A model generated the notes under the pieces. That model was not told where the DNA came from, made no database searches, and worked only from the letters and a program-made list of their open reading frames with translations. The position numbers and the translations under genes were made by a program. Shown piece after piece: positions 27,739 through 42,100 of a stretch of 64,000 nucleotides of DNA; position 1 is the first letter of the stretch; each line of letters starts with the position of its first letter. Source of the stretch: Dimorphilus gyrociliatus (taxonomy: Eukaryota; Animalia; Annelida); contig CAJFCJ010000033.1 in assembly GCA_904063045.1 (NCBI GenBank), positions 124,001 to 188,000 on the forward strand, in the 5' to 3' direction.

Positions 27739-30700
27739 TCATTTCTCAACAGGAGGTAAACCGTTAGAAACTTTCTCTTTTGGTTGATGGAAACAATTTG
27801 TTATCGTTTCGTCAAATCCACTATCTTTTTTCATCTTTCCTTGCGTTACTGGTAAAGCTACAGGTCTTGGTAAATCGTCTGCACTTAATTTTGAAAAATC
27901 AGGTAATTCTTTATCATAATTTTCTTTTCCATAGAGCCAGTATGTTCTCATAAGACCCTTTCCCTATTATAAAAAAAAACATATTATTAAACTACACACT
28001 ATATATTCTTGGAAATTATTAATAGGATGAGGGGAGGTAAAAGGAATAGATGCGTGAAGAGTACGAAAGAGAGAGGAGTGTAGGATAAATGAGGTATAGA
28101 ATAGAATAAAGATGAAACTAATAGGGGTCATTCTGTGTTTTTTATATAAATGTATTTTTTTACAGATTGTTTTGTGTACCTTAACTTCTATTTCTCCTCG
28201 ATCCGCCAAACGATATCCGGAGAATTTGGATAGGCATTGATAGGATGAGTTACTCAAGTGAATTCTTGAAGCTTGTCCATTACTTTCCATTCTGGATGCT
28301 GTATTTACTGTATCGCCGAACAGACAATATCTGGGCATAGTCAATCCAACTACACCGGCCACAACAGGCCCACTATGTAGTCCTATGACGATGGGGGTTA
28401 AATAATAAATAATATACAAGATAGCCAACAGATGGCGTCATGGTACAATACCTATTCTTATTCGTAATTTAAAGTCAGGCTTATGGGGAACCTTGAATTT
28501 AAGAACGCCACTCAATAAATCCATAGCGCAGTCAGCAATCTCGACAGCATGTTCATCTTTATTCCTCTTAGGTAGGCCGGAAACTAACATATAAGCGTCG
28601 CCAATAGTTTCAACTTTATATACATCGTGCTGGCTTATAGCCTCATCGAACAGCGTATATAGATCGTTCAGTAGATCGACAACCTATCAATTGAATAGAA
28701 AATGAACTTGTAATACCTTTAACCTAAAGGCGATATCATCCAAATATTTACCTGTAAAGGAGTACTTTCAGCAGCTAAAGTTGTAAAGCTGACTATATCT
28801 GAAAAGTAGATTGTCACCGAGTCAAAAGATTCAGCTTGTATAGGCTTTCCGACTTTCAATTCATCAGCGACACTCCTGTTTTTTTAAAAAGAAAAAATAT
28901 TATGGTTATAAACAATAGTTTTCTTTCACTTCTTTTCTCTATTTTCATTAAACTTACTGTGGAAGCATCCTATATAGTAATGATTCCGTTTTCTTTTTCT
29001 CCTCGTCTAACTGAACTGTCCTCTCTGCAACTAAATCCTCCAAATGATTGGAATACTTCTCCATCATAGCTATCATATTATCCATAACGTTGGCCTTTCT
29101 GTATTATCGTTTTAGGAGAGAATGGAAAAGATAGAGTATTAGATAATATATAGACAGTATAGAAATATAGATATACTACAAAGTTCTTGTACATACTTAT
29201 TAGGATTAAGTTTTCCAAGTGTTTTTAGTATATAAGAAAGGCTAGACCTATCTGTTGGTCTTTCAGTCCAACAACTCTCAATCAAATCAACAAGACCGTT
29301 CTTTTCCGATTCTATTTTAAAATCGTTCAAATTAGGCCTAAATGGTGGATCAGTTCCCTCTTTAAGCTTTTGAATAATCTCTGAAAATAACGATAATCGA
29401 TTATGAATAATAATTATTTTCTATTCCAAATGTTTATTATCAATATATGATTACGTATAGTATCGAATTCGTGTTCGTATTCAGTATAAGGACTATTCCT
29501 GCAAAAAGTCTCTTTCATTATGATCCCAACGGCATAAATATCAGCCAAATAATTAAGATTCGATTCATTCCTTAATATTTCCGGTGCAGTCCAACATAAT
29601 TCTGCGGAGAGAGGAAACGAAAAGATAATCAAAATTAATTGTTACATTGATAATAAATTTCCCAATCTATCAAAGAGTTTGTCAATGTTTGTGGAAAATG
29701 CTCAAATATGCATTTATAAATCAATAAAGATATTGGATCTGTTTTGTTTGTTTTCGAGAAAACTTCAAGGAAAAATATTACGTGTAAATATCTTCTGACA
29801 AACTAATGATAAAATTAGAACTAGAAGAGAAATACGGATGGACGTTATCACATGATAATTGATACAGAAAATGAAGAATATGATTATTAGCTCCCAGCCA
29901 AAGGATTATCAATAATACTAATCTATTAATTACTTAATAATTCATTAAAGATATTACAAGGATTGGTGTAGCAATGGCGATAATAACAATGATCTCTTAC
30001 TTTCATTTATGGCGGCTTCAGTTATTTCGGGATCTTCTTCTTCGCCGTATAAGAATCTCCTAAGGCCAAAATCTGTTAATTTACAAGCCCAACGACCATC
30101 GATAACGACGTTACTACTTTTTAATCTACCATGAAATTTAATAGGAGAATCGTGAAGGTAGATGAGACCCTGTTTGTTTTGTTTGTTAATTAATTAGCAT
30201 TAAATTTAATCTAATTTAAAAATTACTAAACCCTTAGAACGTCGTTAACAATTGAAAATTTAAACATATCGTCCAAAGATATGTTCTCGTTATAAATAAC
30301 GTCCTGTAAACTTCCTTTTGTACAATATTCCCAAACAGAACAAATATTTGGAGAATCTATACAAGCTCCTACAAAATGAGCTAAATTGCCATGTTTTAAT
30401 TCATTCATATTTTTCATCTCTAATAATAGATCTCTTTCTATCTTTATCCTACTCTTCCTAACATTCTTAATAGCCACGTGATTGCCTTTATAATTTGCTA
30501 TTGTAATAAATATTTGGCCTGCAATCGTCTCGGCAATCGATGACGAACCAACTCTTGATTTTCTAAGATTCGTACTCAAACTTCGAAAATTAAGCTAAAG
30601 TATATAGAAATTCGATAAATATATCATATAGTATGCCAGTTAAAATATATTACCTGACTTCCAGGAATGTGCCCAGTTGTATAAACATGCAAATCTGAAT

Positions 30701-30977
30701 AATTCAACTTCCAAACCATGCTTGCAATTTCTCTTTCATAGCGGAATTGTCTATTTTACAATTCGAAGTTTTATATTAGTAAATAAAACTAATGGAAATA
30801 TTACTATTTAACAAAAAATTCACACAATAAACGAAAGATGACTATTCGATAATAATCAATAATCGATTGAATAGGACAGGTCTATTGACACCTAAAGTAA
30901 ACATCTTTTCTTATGGACAGTAGTCTATTTTCTTTCTCTTTTTTTCTTCTTTCTTTCCCTCCCTCTCTCTCTCCCTC

Positions 30978-31008
<31 letters not shown>

Positions 31009-34000
31009 TTCTTTCATTTAGAGCATGTTTGTTTTTTTTCTAAATAATTACAAACCTGTAGACTAAGAAACCAATTATCGCAGCCAGCAGAATAACACCC
31101 CCCACAACTGATGGTATTATTATGGATAAGTAGCTTTCTGTTTGTTATATTCAAAGTCTATTAGAATCATTAAAATGACAATTAAAACTCAAAAATAATC
31201 AAATAACACCAACTGCAATTTTCATCTTCGAAGCCGCACGATGGTACGTCTGGTGGTGCGTTGTTTACTCCTCTCTTACCATCACCCCATTTTGGTTCTA
31301 TAAGAATGTCCATCTGTCTTTGTCCTCCACCCTGAGTAGTAATAGTTTGCGCTATGATTGTAAAATTTCCATTTGAATCCAAATCGAATAGCCAAAAATC
31401 TGGATTTCTATCCGCCGACGAACCAAACATAATGTCTCCCGTTGCTCCGGATGGATAGTAGAAGTTCTTGGCCCTTTCAAATATCTCTCTCCCATTCGAA
31501 ACGGTACCAACTAAAGTTGCCAATCTAGCGTGAACCATAATAGCATCGTGCAAGAAGAACGAATAGATATCAGGCTATAGAGAGTTGATCATTACAAAAG
31601 AGAATGATTGGTAAAACTATACATACGGTAGTTGGATTGAATTTACTCCATCTTGCACCACTCGCTGCCGATACAAATTCTCTTTCAAATTTCTCAGTTT
31701 CTTTAAAGTTCAAGGTTTTCGTGTATAACTAAAGAAATGTTTACAAAGGATTAGTATAATCTATAAGAGACGGGAATGAAGAAATAACCCAAAAAAATGT
31801 ATATATATATATATACAGTATAGAGAGGAGTGAAAGAGAATGAGAGGAGAGAGAGAATGAGAGAGTTGATATAGGAGATGAGGAAAAGTAAAGAAAAATA
31901 AAGAAAGATGTATATATATTTGTTTATGCTTATATATAAATAAATAGACAAATCTGTAAATAGATAGACAGAAGAAAATTTGTAGAACTAACAATAAAAA
32001 GATTTTCGTACGCGGCTCTCGCGGCTGAGTCTCTTCCATCGTCTTTTTCCCAGAAACTAGTACTTTGAATATCGGCCAACACCTTATGGATTACAAAAAG
32101 GGATAAGAAGAGAGGATACTCTTATAAAATCTATTACACACTCGCTTTGAAGGTAATTCTTGGTTGACGTAAATGAAAACATAATCTCCGCTAGTCATGT
32201 CTTTATCGTAGGCTCCCAACATCCAAGATCGAAGGTCGTCTTTGGGTATTGCCAAGATAACAACTGGAAAATTGATTGACCTAGTTTTAGTAAAAAAATT
32301 TTTCACACCAGCTCATCAAATAAACTAATGTCAATATTAGTAAAATATTCTACGTATAGGCATTATTGATTCATAAACTCACTCCTGGCTTCCCTTTTCA
32401 CTCTATCATAAATGTCGCTTATTACACTTGAAGAAGCCTTCTCTTCGACATCCTGTTCCCATCTTGCTATAACAAATCCGTCCTTTTTCTTGTTCTGAAA
32501 TGCGTTTTTAACACCGCGACCCATTTCTCCATGGTCTGGTCCTATAGTTGAAATTAAGAATGCCCTCTTCCAGCCGAAGAGATTAAAAGTTTGTATAAAT
32601 CCCTCTCCTAGAACACTTAGCGGACCCAACAATCTGACTAAGGTGTTATGCTTTTCCTTATCTTCCAGTGAAGGATCGCTCGATATCCATCCAAAAACCG
32701 GTATGTTAAGGTGAGAGCCAAGCTGAGACACCGGATCCATACCTTAAAAGGTACAAATTGATTAGCGGTCCTAAGAGTACGCTATTTATTGTTTTCAAGT
32801 GTTGTTTGTCTTATTGAAAATGAAGAAATAAGAGAAAAGAGAAATAGAGTATGGGAGGATGAATGTCAAGAAGCTATGATACTTTCTCTTGTCAATTTCT
32901 CTCCTTTCTCTTTCCTCTTAATAAGTTTACAATATGTCTCTCTTCCCTCACTCCAAATTCTATTTTGTTAGAAAGTACATGATTGTTTTATAATGCAAAT
33001 TTAAGAATGAGAAATCTAACGCCTAGACAGGAAGTGACGCTTAAACAAAACATTTGATATTTCAAAAAATTCCCTTTCTATAAGTGTAAAATTGAAATGA
33101 AAACGTTTTCTTTGATCTATTTATTTACCTGGTGAACAGGATGGTCCAACGATGAGATCAGGCTTGAAGTTGTCTCTACCAATTAGGTCAAATGCTTGGC
33201 CGATTGCAGATTTAGAATTACAGTTGGAATCTCTCCATTCAATTCTGTGTAATCGAGATTTATTGACAGAGTTATTTCAATATTTTCAGTAAACCAACAA
33301 AGTTCTGCTTTGTCACGAAAACTAATTTTCCTTACAGCTGAACTTAAGAAAGGTGTTAGGGTGTATACATAATTATTATTACTATTATTATTATTATTGA
33401 TAACTAAACTATATTAACCTATAACAGCCCATTCCCCTCCAGCTCTTTAGTTGTCCTTTCCATCGTAACCCTATCAAACAGTTCCTCCCCCTATCAACTT
33501 TGGGGTTATCATTATAACGTAAAATATAACAAGAAATTATTACTCGTAATCGAAGGGCAACTGTCTAGTAATTAACCTAAAGTATTGATGCGACGAAACT
33601 GCATTCTATATACAAAGAAGTGTAATCTTAAAACGTGAAAAAGTGTTTATCTTTTTTTTTTTAAAAAAAAAATGAACTAAAATATAAACTATATAATATA
33701 TTATATATATTAATATATAATAAAATGAAAAAGAAAACTTTAGTTTCAATATTTATTCAATATAAACATAACTCTTTTCTTTTATCAAAGAAATGGCATT
33801 CTATGTATTATATGGTATTAAAAGGGGACAAAATACAATCTCAGTTCTTCCCATATCCATTATATAAGTTTTGACATTCATATACTATTAGAATAGGCAC
33901 AAAAGAGAGAAAGAGAGAAAGAACAGAGGAAGGAGTAATAGTACTAGCTAGAGAAGAGAGAAAGCGAGAGAGACGCAAAGGGATATTGTTTTTTTACATA

Positions 34001-34663
34001 AAAGTTCTACATACTCTATCGCCTAATTATCATAATGAAACGTTCTAGCCCCACTTTACGCTGTTCATTTTCCTCAAACGTAATTAGCTTAATACATGTA
34101 TTCTAATAGAGTACGTGTTTGAAAGAGACTGTGTCCATTCCAAAATTATAAAATTCCATTTCATCATAGTTCATTGACTAAATTGAACATTTTATCTATG
34201 TCTTTAATATTGGGTGCCTTTTTTGTGAGAGAGAGAGAGAGAGAGAGAGAGAGGGAAGAAAAGTAAAATATTAGTTCATCTTTTCTCACTTTTTTAAAGA
34301 TTACCCCTTCATTGTCGTCTTTAAATATATCATCTAAAGTTTTCTCATTATTTATTAAACGTTTGTTCTAAAATAGACAATTTATATACAAACTGCGTTA
34401 CACTATATAGATATATATGTATGTATATATAAACATATATAAATAGGATGATAGATAATGATGATGTTTACTTACATATATTTAGTAGGAGAGAGACTAG
34501 CATCATTTTCAACTTTTTGAACGGCGGCCGCTAATCCACCTATACTTGTTGAAACGTTCCAAAAGTAGTAAAACTTTTTGGGACAGAAGAATGCCAATTT
34601 AATTTCTTCTCCCAAAGAACATACTATAATTATTAATGATATAAATAGTTGAAGAAATCTCAT
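27739..34663 (-). CDS. Receptor-type guanylyl cyclase 2 (tandem paralog, same architecture)
   Basis: Signal peptide [89 protein letters not shown], cyclase [55 protein letters not shown]. Confidence 0.95.
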
Positions 34664-36055
34664 AACGTCTCTAAAGTGATAGGAATATAATATAACAAAG
34701 ATATTTCGAGGTGGTAACGTCGTGCGTCCTAGACGTCGACTGGCGGGAGAAAAAGTAAAAATCTAGGCGCTTTGTCGCTCTGGTAAACATAATGTGTGCG
34801 TACGGGTGAGGATTGAACTAGTGGGAAATTGATCTAAGAACGCCCGTACAAGACAAATGAACAGTTCAAACAATCGATTAGGTTCTGCATATTTTTACGC
34901 TCGTCGATGTGTTAGTTTTATCTAATAAAAAAAAAAATTTGCATAATCGGTTTTTGATAATTCCAAGTATATTCTAAATATAAAGATGTTCATATTTGTT
35001 TTCTTTCTTTTATGATATTTCTCTCTTCCCCTTTCTTGCTGTTCTCAAAAAGAAACAAAGTAAATACAATACTTATGTTTCTTTTATTAATTAATTAATT
35101 ATTAAAAATTAATTAGTTATTTTGTTTTGTTTATAATAGGGAGGTGGTTAAAAAAAAAACAATAGATACAAGAAGAGAGAAAAGCGTCTATTATCTAGCT
35201 TTTCTCCTTTCTTCCTAATAAAAAGAGAAAAACAAAAAAGAAAAGTCCTCAGCTGTTCTATACTTTAATAGACATTACTTAACTTGGTATACTTCTATTC
35301 CAGGTAAAGTGTACAAGTAATTCTATAATTCGATTTCATGAATAACAAAAGAATAATCAAGTAGTTTCAATGATAAAGAAACACTATTCCAATTTGATTG
35401 ATTTGTCAAAAGCCAATATTGACTCTATTGAAAAGGGGAGGAGACAAATGCTTTTCATAACAGTTAGAATTAACCGAATTTTTCATTATTATTTATATAA
35501 AAACGGTGCTTAGAAAGAAAAATCCAGAATAAAAGACTACGGTCATAAAATAATAATCTTTTATCTATAAAACGTACTACTACGCCTTGACAAGACGGGA
35601 TTATCGACCTCAGAGTAAGCTTAGCTTAACCTTTTACACATTCTACAAAAGAAAAACTTTAATTTACTATTATTAGAGTATTTTATTTTCTTTCAAATTT
35701 TTCATTAAAGCAAAAATACTTAAAGAGAGAAAAGAGATAAATATTAAAGTAAATTTGCAGAATGTACGAGAAAAGAAATTAACTAAAGCATTATAGAAAC
35801 TATAAAAGTTTCATAATGAAATAGTTGTCTTTTTTTTTGTTTTTAAAGTAGCGAAAAAACAAAATTAGCTAGACCCAAGAAAAAATAGAAAAATGCTTCT
35901 CAATTTGTTACACCCTCTTCAAAGCTCAATATTCCTTCTGTTTGGTATGGAAAATTCAGATATTTTTAATTACGTTTATTCATTTTATTTTTAGCATTTT
36001 TAAAAATCCTACCACTTCATAATGCCAGATCTTCCTTTTTTTTATAGTTTGCAAT

Positions 36056-38908
36056 TTAATAATTTTTCAAAAATCTCATAAAATCATGCTTATTTTCTAA
36101 TGGTGTTGTCGTAGGACGTCCCAAATCCTTTCTAGACCCCATCTTACACTTAATTTCACATAGTACTGGCCCGTCAAGTTGCATCATTCTCGTAATTGAA
36201 TTGATAATTTGTTCTTCGGTAGTAGAAACCCACGCCTATTAATGTGGAAAAAAAAGGAAACAATATGTATAATCTATGAAGAGAATATCATCAAATTTAT
36301 AGATTTGTCATCATTATTAATAACTCCACCTTAGTTAGTTGCAAAGAAAATAATAGATGAAAATATAGATTTTCTTTCTTAATTAAGTATTTACATCAGA
36401 ATGTAATTTTACACTATCTTATTTTTTTTTTAAAACAACTTCTAAAGTTACTTTAAATAGAGAAAAAAAATATAATAATAAATAAAATAAAAATATCTTT
36501 CATTCAATATTATAAATTAAACAAAATACGATATTATTAAAAAATAATATTTCTTTAATAAAAATAAAAAGTCTACTACCGATTTATAAATATTTTTAGT
36601 TAACAAATTATTAATTATTATTATTATAGATTGATTAATCGTTATAAGACATATTATTATTTAGTGTGTTTGTTTCATCTAGTGTTATCAGAAAAGAAAA
36701 AAGAAAAAAACACCTATAAATATGGAAATCAATATATTATATACGTATTTAAATATGTCTTACTTCGCGATATCCACTTCCCATAGCTATATGAGTGAAT
36801 GAAAATGAATCGCTAGAGGCATCTGAAGGCTGTCCTCCTACGCTATCATGACCTCCGTTATTAAATATAATATGTTTATAATTTTTGCATCCACTTTGTC
36901 CAACTGTTGCTAAGGATCCCATATGCATGATAGCTGCTCCGTCTCCATCCAAGCAGAAAACGTTACGATGTGGCTTTTGCATGGCAATTCCCAGGGCAAT
37001 TGAAGAGGCGTGACCCATAGAGCCAACAGTATAAAAGTCCCTTTCGTGTCCCTCATTTTTTGCATCTCTGCATTTGATTAAAATTAGAAAACGCATTGTA
37101 ATTATTGAAAAAAAAACAAAAAGATATAAAAGAAAATAATTATATTCTCTTTTTTTTTTATCAAGCTATTTTATTTAATTGTTTTCCATCAACCTATATT
37201 CATAAAGTTCCCTAGAAAGCATTCCAGTTGTTCCAACTACAATATCGGTCTCTCCTATTCGATCCGCAATTAACTTTATTACTTCTTCTCGGTTAAGAAC
37301 AGCTCTATATAAAAAGAAAACGAATATGAAGAAGATATAATAAAATTTAAATCACAAAATAAAATCTAACTTACGATTCATTTTTCTTCTTAGATTTTAG
37401 CTGGTAAGGTAGAAATGTTTGTCTCTTTACCAGCAAACAGTATGGACTTTTCGTAGTGACCATATGGTGACAAGCTGTTTCGATAACCTATTGAAAAATA
37501 TAAAAAATCATATATTTCTTGATTCAACGTGTAAAATTTGTCTATTCATATTTATTCTTTTCTTTTTTATAAAATTTATTTAATATGTTAAAAAGCCATC
37601 TCAAATCAAAAATGATACCTACATGTTCAGCTCCTTCCAAATAGTCAGGCAAAGGTTGAAAAGGTATTCCAACGGACGCTTAACAAAAAGATTACTTTTT
37701 ATAAATGCCAAAGCGAAAGTAGAAAATCTTAGAACTTCTGTATCTTATATACGAATATTGATAATATTTCTTTACCTAGAATACCAGGCGTAGCTGCTCC
37801 TTGAACATTGTGCTGCGGTTCATCTCTCTTTCCTGGTTCGCCTCTCCATCCAATAAGTATTAACATTGGAATACTATAAACAGAAGGTGTTGCTAACGAC
37901 ATTATGGGATTAATAATGTTACCTAAACCAGAATTCTGTATCGGAAAAGAAAAATTAGAAAATGCCATAAATAACTATTAACTGACTTCCACACCTGTAA
38001 ATAAACGACACCGTATTTATTAGTGGCCATATGATATCCAGCTGCTAGAGAAACTGCTGTTCCCTCATTTGAGGTAATAACATGTTTCTTCGAATCCGAA
38101 TTATTAGCAATATACGCGCAAAAGTCTGTACATAAATAATTTTTTGTTAGAATACTAAACGTCGATTAAAGCTGAAAAATTGCAGCTTGTTGTGTATTAG
38201 CTACTTTCAAAATCGATACTTCCACTTTTTAACATACTACCATCTGATACATTATCGGAATTAAATTATTATTTACCTTTAAGTAGAGAATCTGGAACGC
38301 CACAATAAAAGTCCATTCCATACTTTTTCAAAAGGGTATAAAAATCTGCTGGCGCTAAGAAATCTCTTACCAATTCCGTAAATGGCTCGTTCCCTTCATT
38401 CCTATCCTGTTGCTCTTCAACTTGCTGTTGAAAAAAATAAATATCGTCACAAAGACGATCAATTAGCGATGTATTAGTCATAGGCAATATTTTTATGACA
38501 TAGTAACACACAAAAAATGACTTATGCAACTTAAGGTCAAAGTTAACATATATTAAAAAGGTATTATCAATTTTAAGTGATAAACTTTTAGGTCGCGGTA
38601 TAACTTTTCAAAGATAACTACTCGTTCCAACACTTCATTTAATTATCAAATCAAACTTGTCATCACAAATACTTCTATGAAATGATCATATACATGTTTG
38701 CTATTACTGAACTTTAACGAGATCCATATATTTACCTCTTTTTGAGTACTTTTTCTTATCGATGATGTAACAAAGCTCGAAGATTGAGGTTTGATGTTTA
38801 GAAACTAAGAATAATTACCTCTTAATCGTGAAAATAAAAGTTATTTTATAATACCTTTTGTATAAAGTTTCCTTGTCTAATAGTGTTTGATGAAAGTTTT
38901 CTAATCAT
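36056..38908 (-). CDS. Phosphonopyruvate decarboxylase (Ppd/AepY, TPP-dependent), about 10 exons, with N-terminal extension
   Basis: [11 protein letters not shown]|[24 protein letters not shown]|[45 protein letters not shown] motif [24 protein letters not shown], and C-terminal [20 protein letters not shown] with stop 36056-36058. These are Ppd-family motifs. Confidence 0.95.
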
Positions 38909-39002
38909 GGTTTGCGTTTGTACTTTTTGCGATCAACAGTATTTACTGCCTTAGCACAACTGAGTTGTCGGTTTAGCTGTTTTCAGTCCTCACCTCACTA
39001 TA

Positions 39003-39017
39003 ACTTCCGCTTCCGGT
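39003..39017. promoter_or_regulatory. Tandem ETS/GABP-type motif (ACTTCCGCTTCCGGT) in the 290-bp Ppd/SNX bidirectional promoter
   Basis: Two CTTCCG cores lie between divergent ATGs at 38908 (-) and 39198 (+). Confidence 0.55.
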
Positions 39018-39197
39018 ATTTTCGTAAAAAAAAATATTCATCTAAATGGAACAAGAACATTTTAACTAGATTTAATTATTAATACAATGGCTTTTATAAT
39101 TTACTATTAAACTTTTTACGAAACTAATAAGGAATTCCTCAGCCTCGATTTTATTTCGCACTGGGTAACCCCAAGCTTGTAGTTGGTTTTTAATGTC

Positions 39198-42100
39198 ATG
39201 GCGAATGAACTAAAGGTAAATCTATGCTTCTTATTAAATTGATTTAATATTATTATTTAATTAAGTGTCAGTTTTACAATTCTATATTCATTTTATTTGA
39301 AAATTATATTAATGATCTGAATCTTTCTGATTGGATTGCTTCCGTCACGCATCCCGCCCATCGTATCAATTTAATTCAAGTGATATTTTTCCCAATGACG
39401 ATAAATTATTATAGGATATTGTCAATGAATAAATATGAAAATTTCTAGATGAAAAGCTAGTGTATGTCTTATCTACTGATAAACTCATGTTAATGTGATG
39501 TACGAGAAATTGTAATAGTATAGAAAAAAAAAAATATGGATGAAGAGTTCCCTATTGAGAAGTATGAAAAAATTTTACTGTACTAAAGAAGAAAACGTCG
39601 CCGAGACTAAAACGAGTTCAATTGAAGCATTACCAATATTAATAAATCCAATTTGAATAGAACCGTCTTTCTAAGAGTTAAATGACAAGATACATTTGAA
39701 TTGTCTTCAACAGTTTATCAACATTGAAGATAAACAATAGAAATGTTTAACAACGGAATATTGGTAAGGAGAAGTGCGCCTGTTGTCTAATCTGTTTCAT
39801 AGATTAGTATTATTCGATAGCAAAATAAAAATAATAAACTTGTACAAATGTATATTTTTGCATGTTTACAAATAACATTCTTATTTCTTTTTTTTTATTA
39901 AAACGAAGACCTTCAATACTAAAATTTGACTTTATTTTTAGACAGTCGACATAATGTTTCTTATTGTATAGTATAGAGAGTTTTATATTATTTTAATTTT
40001 ATTAGGCCCGGGTTCTATACGATTTCCGACCAATTGGTGAAGGAGAGGTATCTTTAACAGTTGGAGAGGAGATAACAATTGTTAAGGAGGTAGATTTATA
40101 CTTTTATACTGTATATATATATATATATATATATAAATTTAATAGAGATTTAATGTAATAAAAAACAATACTTAACGATTTTTTAATGCAATTAGTCGGT
40201 TGGAGATGGCTGGTGTGATGTTCGAAAATCCAATGGTACTGTTGGTTTAGCGCCAAAGAGTTATATTGAAGTAAGTTATATACAATTATAATTCTATTTT
40301 AAGTGTAACAATAAAAGTAAATAACAATTGATATTTAATTGTAATAATCTTCAAACTCTTATTACTTCGATTTCTTTCGATATTCTCTTTAAGTTTATTG
40401 ATTAGATAAAATATAAAAGCTTTTTAAGATTAAGAACTATTAGAAATTTAGCTTTAATTGTTTATCGAAATCTCTATATCACTTTATACTGTTTGAAGAA
40501 AACTGCATAATTTACTTTAATTTTGTTTAAACAGTTGCCATATCTATTAATTAGTAATTGTCATTTGTGTTTATCTTCTATCAATCGGGAATTTAATTAC
40601 ATTTACCCAAAATTTTCTCTCTTTGACATTGATTTATTTACGCTATTTCTACTTTTTTTCTCTTATACAGACTATAGAATATCCCGAGCCCAGGGTACCT
40701 CCACCCCCACTACCACCTCCTCAAAATAATTCATTTCAAAATCAATGGAGTGATGGTAAGGATATTTTAAGTGTGAACTCCTCATTAGTATACGAGTACG
40801 AACATTTACGTTCGAAAGCCTGATAAGGAAATGAGTGATTTTTTTTTTATTGCTATGATATCTTATCCTATGATTATTCATAAATTCCTATAATTATTCA
40901 GCCAGTAAAACCACAGCTAATCACAGATGGGGTACACCTACATATCCACCACCTAGACCCCGTCCTGATACAATTCAAACAAATCGCGTAGTACCCAACT
41001 ATGGTAAAGAGATGCTGTTGTTATAAAAAAAAAAGAAACAAACGTATCTTCGTTGTAAAAAAAAAAAAGCTTTCTGATTAATTATCTCATCATAATTTCA
41101 TTTTTATTTTAGCTTTGCTTTCCTTAATTTTTATCTGTATAGTTATCTAAATGATTTATTTTCTCCTTTTTTTTATAGTTTGTCTTGTCACATTTTAACT
41201 TGTGCTTTTAGTTTTTGTAAAAGCGTATCTATCTTCTCCTCTTAGTTTTTTCAAAAATTGAATATTGTTATATGTTTTTTTTTTACTATTTCTCTTCAAG
41301 TTTTATTATTTTTCAACAATTAACAGATAGTTAACTCTTTCTTTCCTTATCACAAAAGGTCAACAACAGCAGGGATATCAGCCTCCAGCTCAACAGAACT
41401 CTCCTCCAAAACCAATATTAACACCAAACGACGATTGGGACGAAGATGAAGATTGGGATGACGATGATTCAGTATCAACTGATCATACACAGGTATTCTA
41501 TTAATTTTATTTTATTACAAGATTATAAATTTAGCATAAACTATATGTAAAATTTTACAGCGAAATACTTTGCAGGTGAACAAGTTAATATTGTCTTTAT
41601 GATTATTCAAAATTATATTTATACAGCTATCTATCATAATTCACATCTGCAGTATATACAATATATACTGTATTTATCTAGTTCATTTGCTGTAGAGAAA
41701 ATATTAAAATAAAGCTCAGATACTGTACATATTCCCTTATGTTAATTAAATGTATTAACACTTTAAAACTAATAGGTTATTTATACCTTTGAACTTGATA
41801 TTAATAAAAAATTAATATTCTAGTAAATGAACTGGAAATATCTACATGTTAATTTATTAAGCTTAAATATTCATTTTGTTTTTTACGCGTTATATATTAA
41901 ATTATACGCTATTTAAATGTTAATTGAATGGAATAGCGCGATTTAGTAAGGAGAGAAAAAGAAAAAAATTACAATAAGATAATATTCACTACTATTTGAC
42001 GATTATCTTCTTTCTCCTACCAATAAACTATTCCAATGCTTTGACTGCCTTTTTTCTTCTTTTGACCTTTATGTTCTTGATTCGTACTTTCATCATTTTT

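Noticed and set aside
4798-38908. Thiamine link between the CYTH protein (possible ThTPase) and TPP-dependent Ppd
   Set aside because: They are 30 kb apart and the CYTH substrate is unknown, so this is purely speculative.
39290-39760. Protein-like stretches in SNX intron 1
   Set aside because: They are interrupted by stops in all frames I read, with no recognisable family or consistent splice sites.
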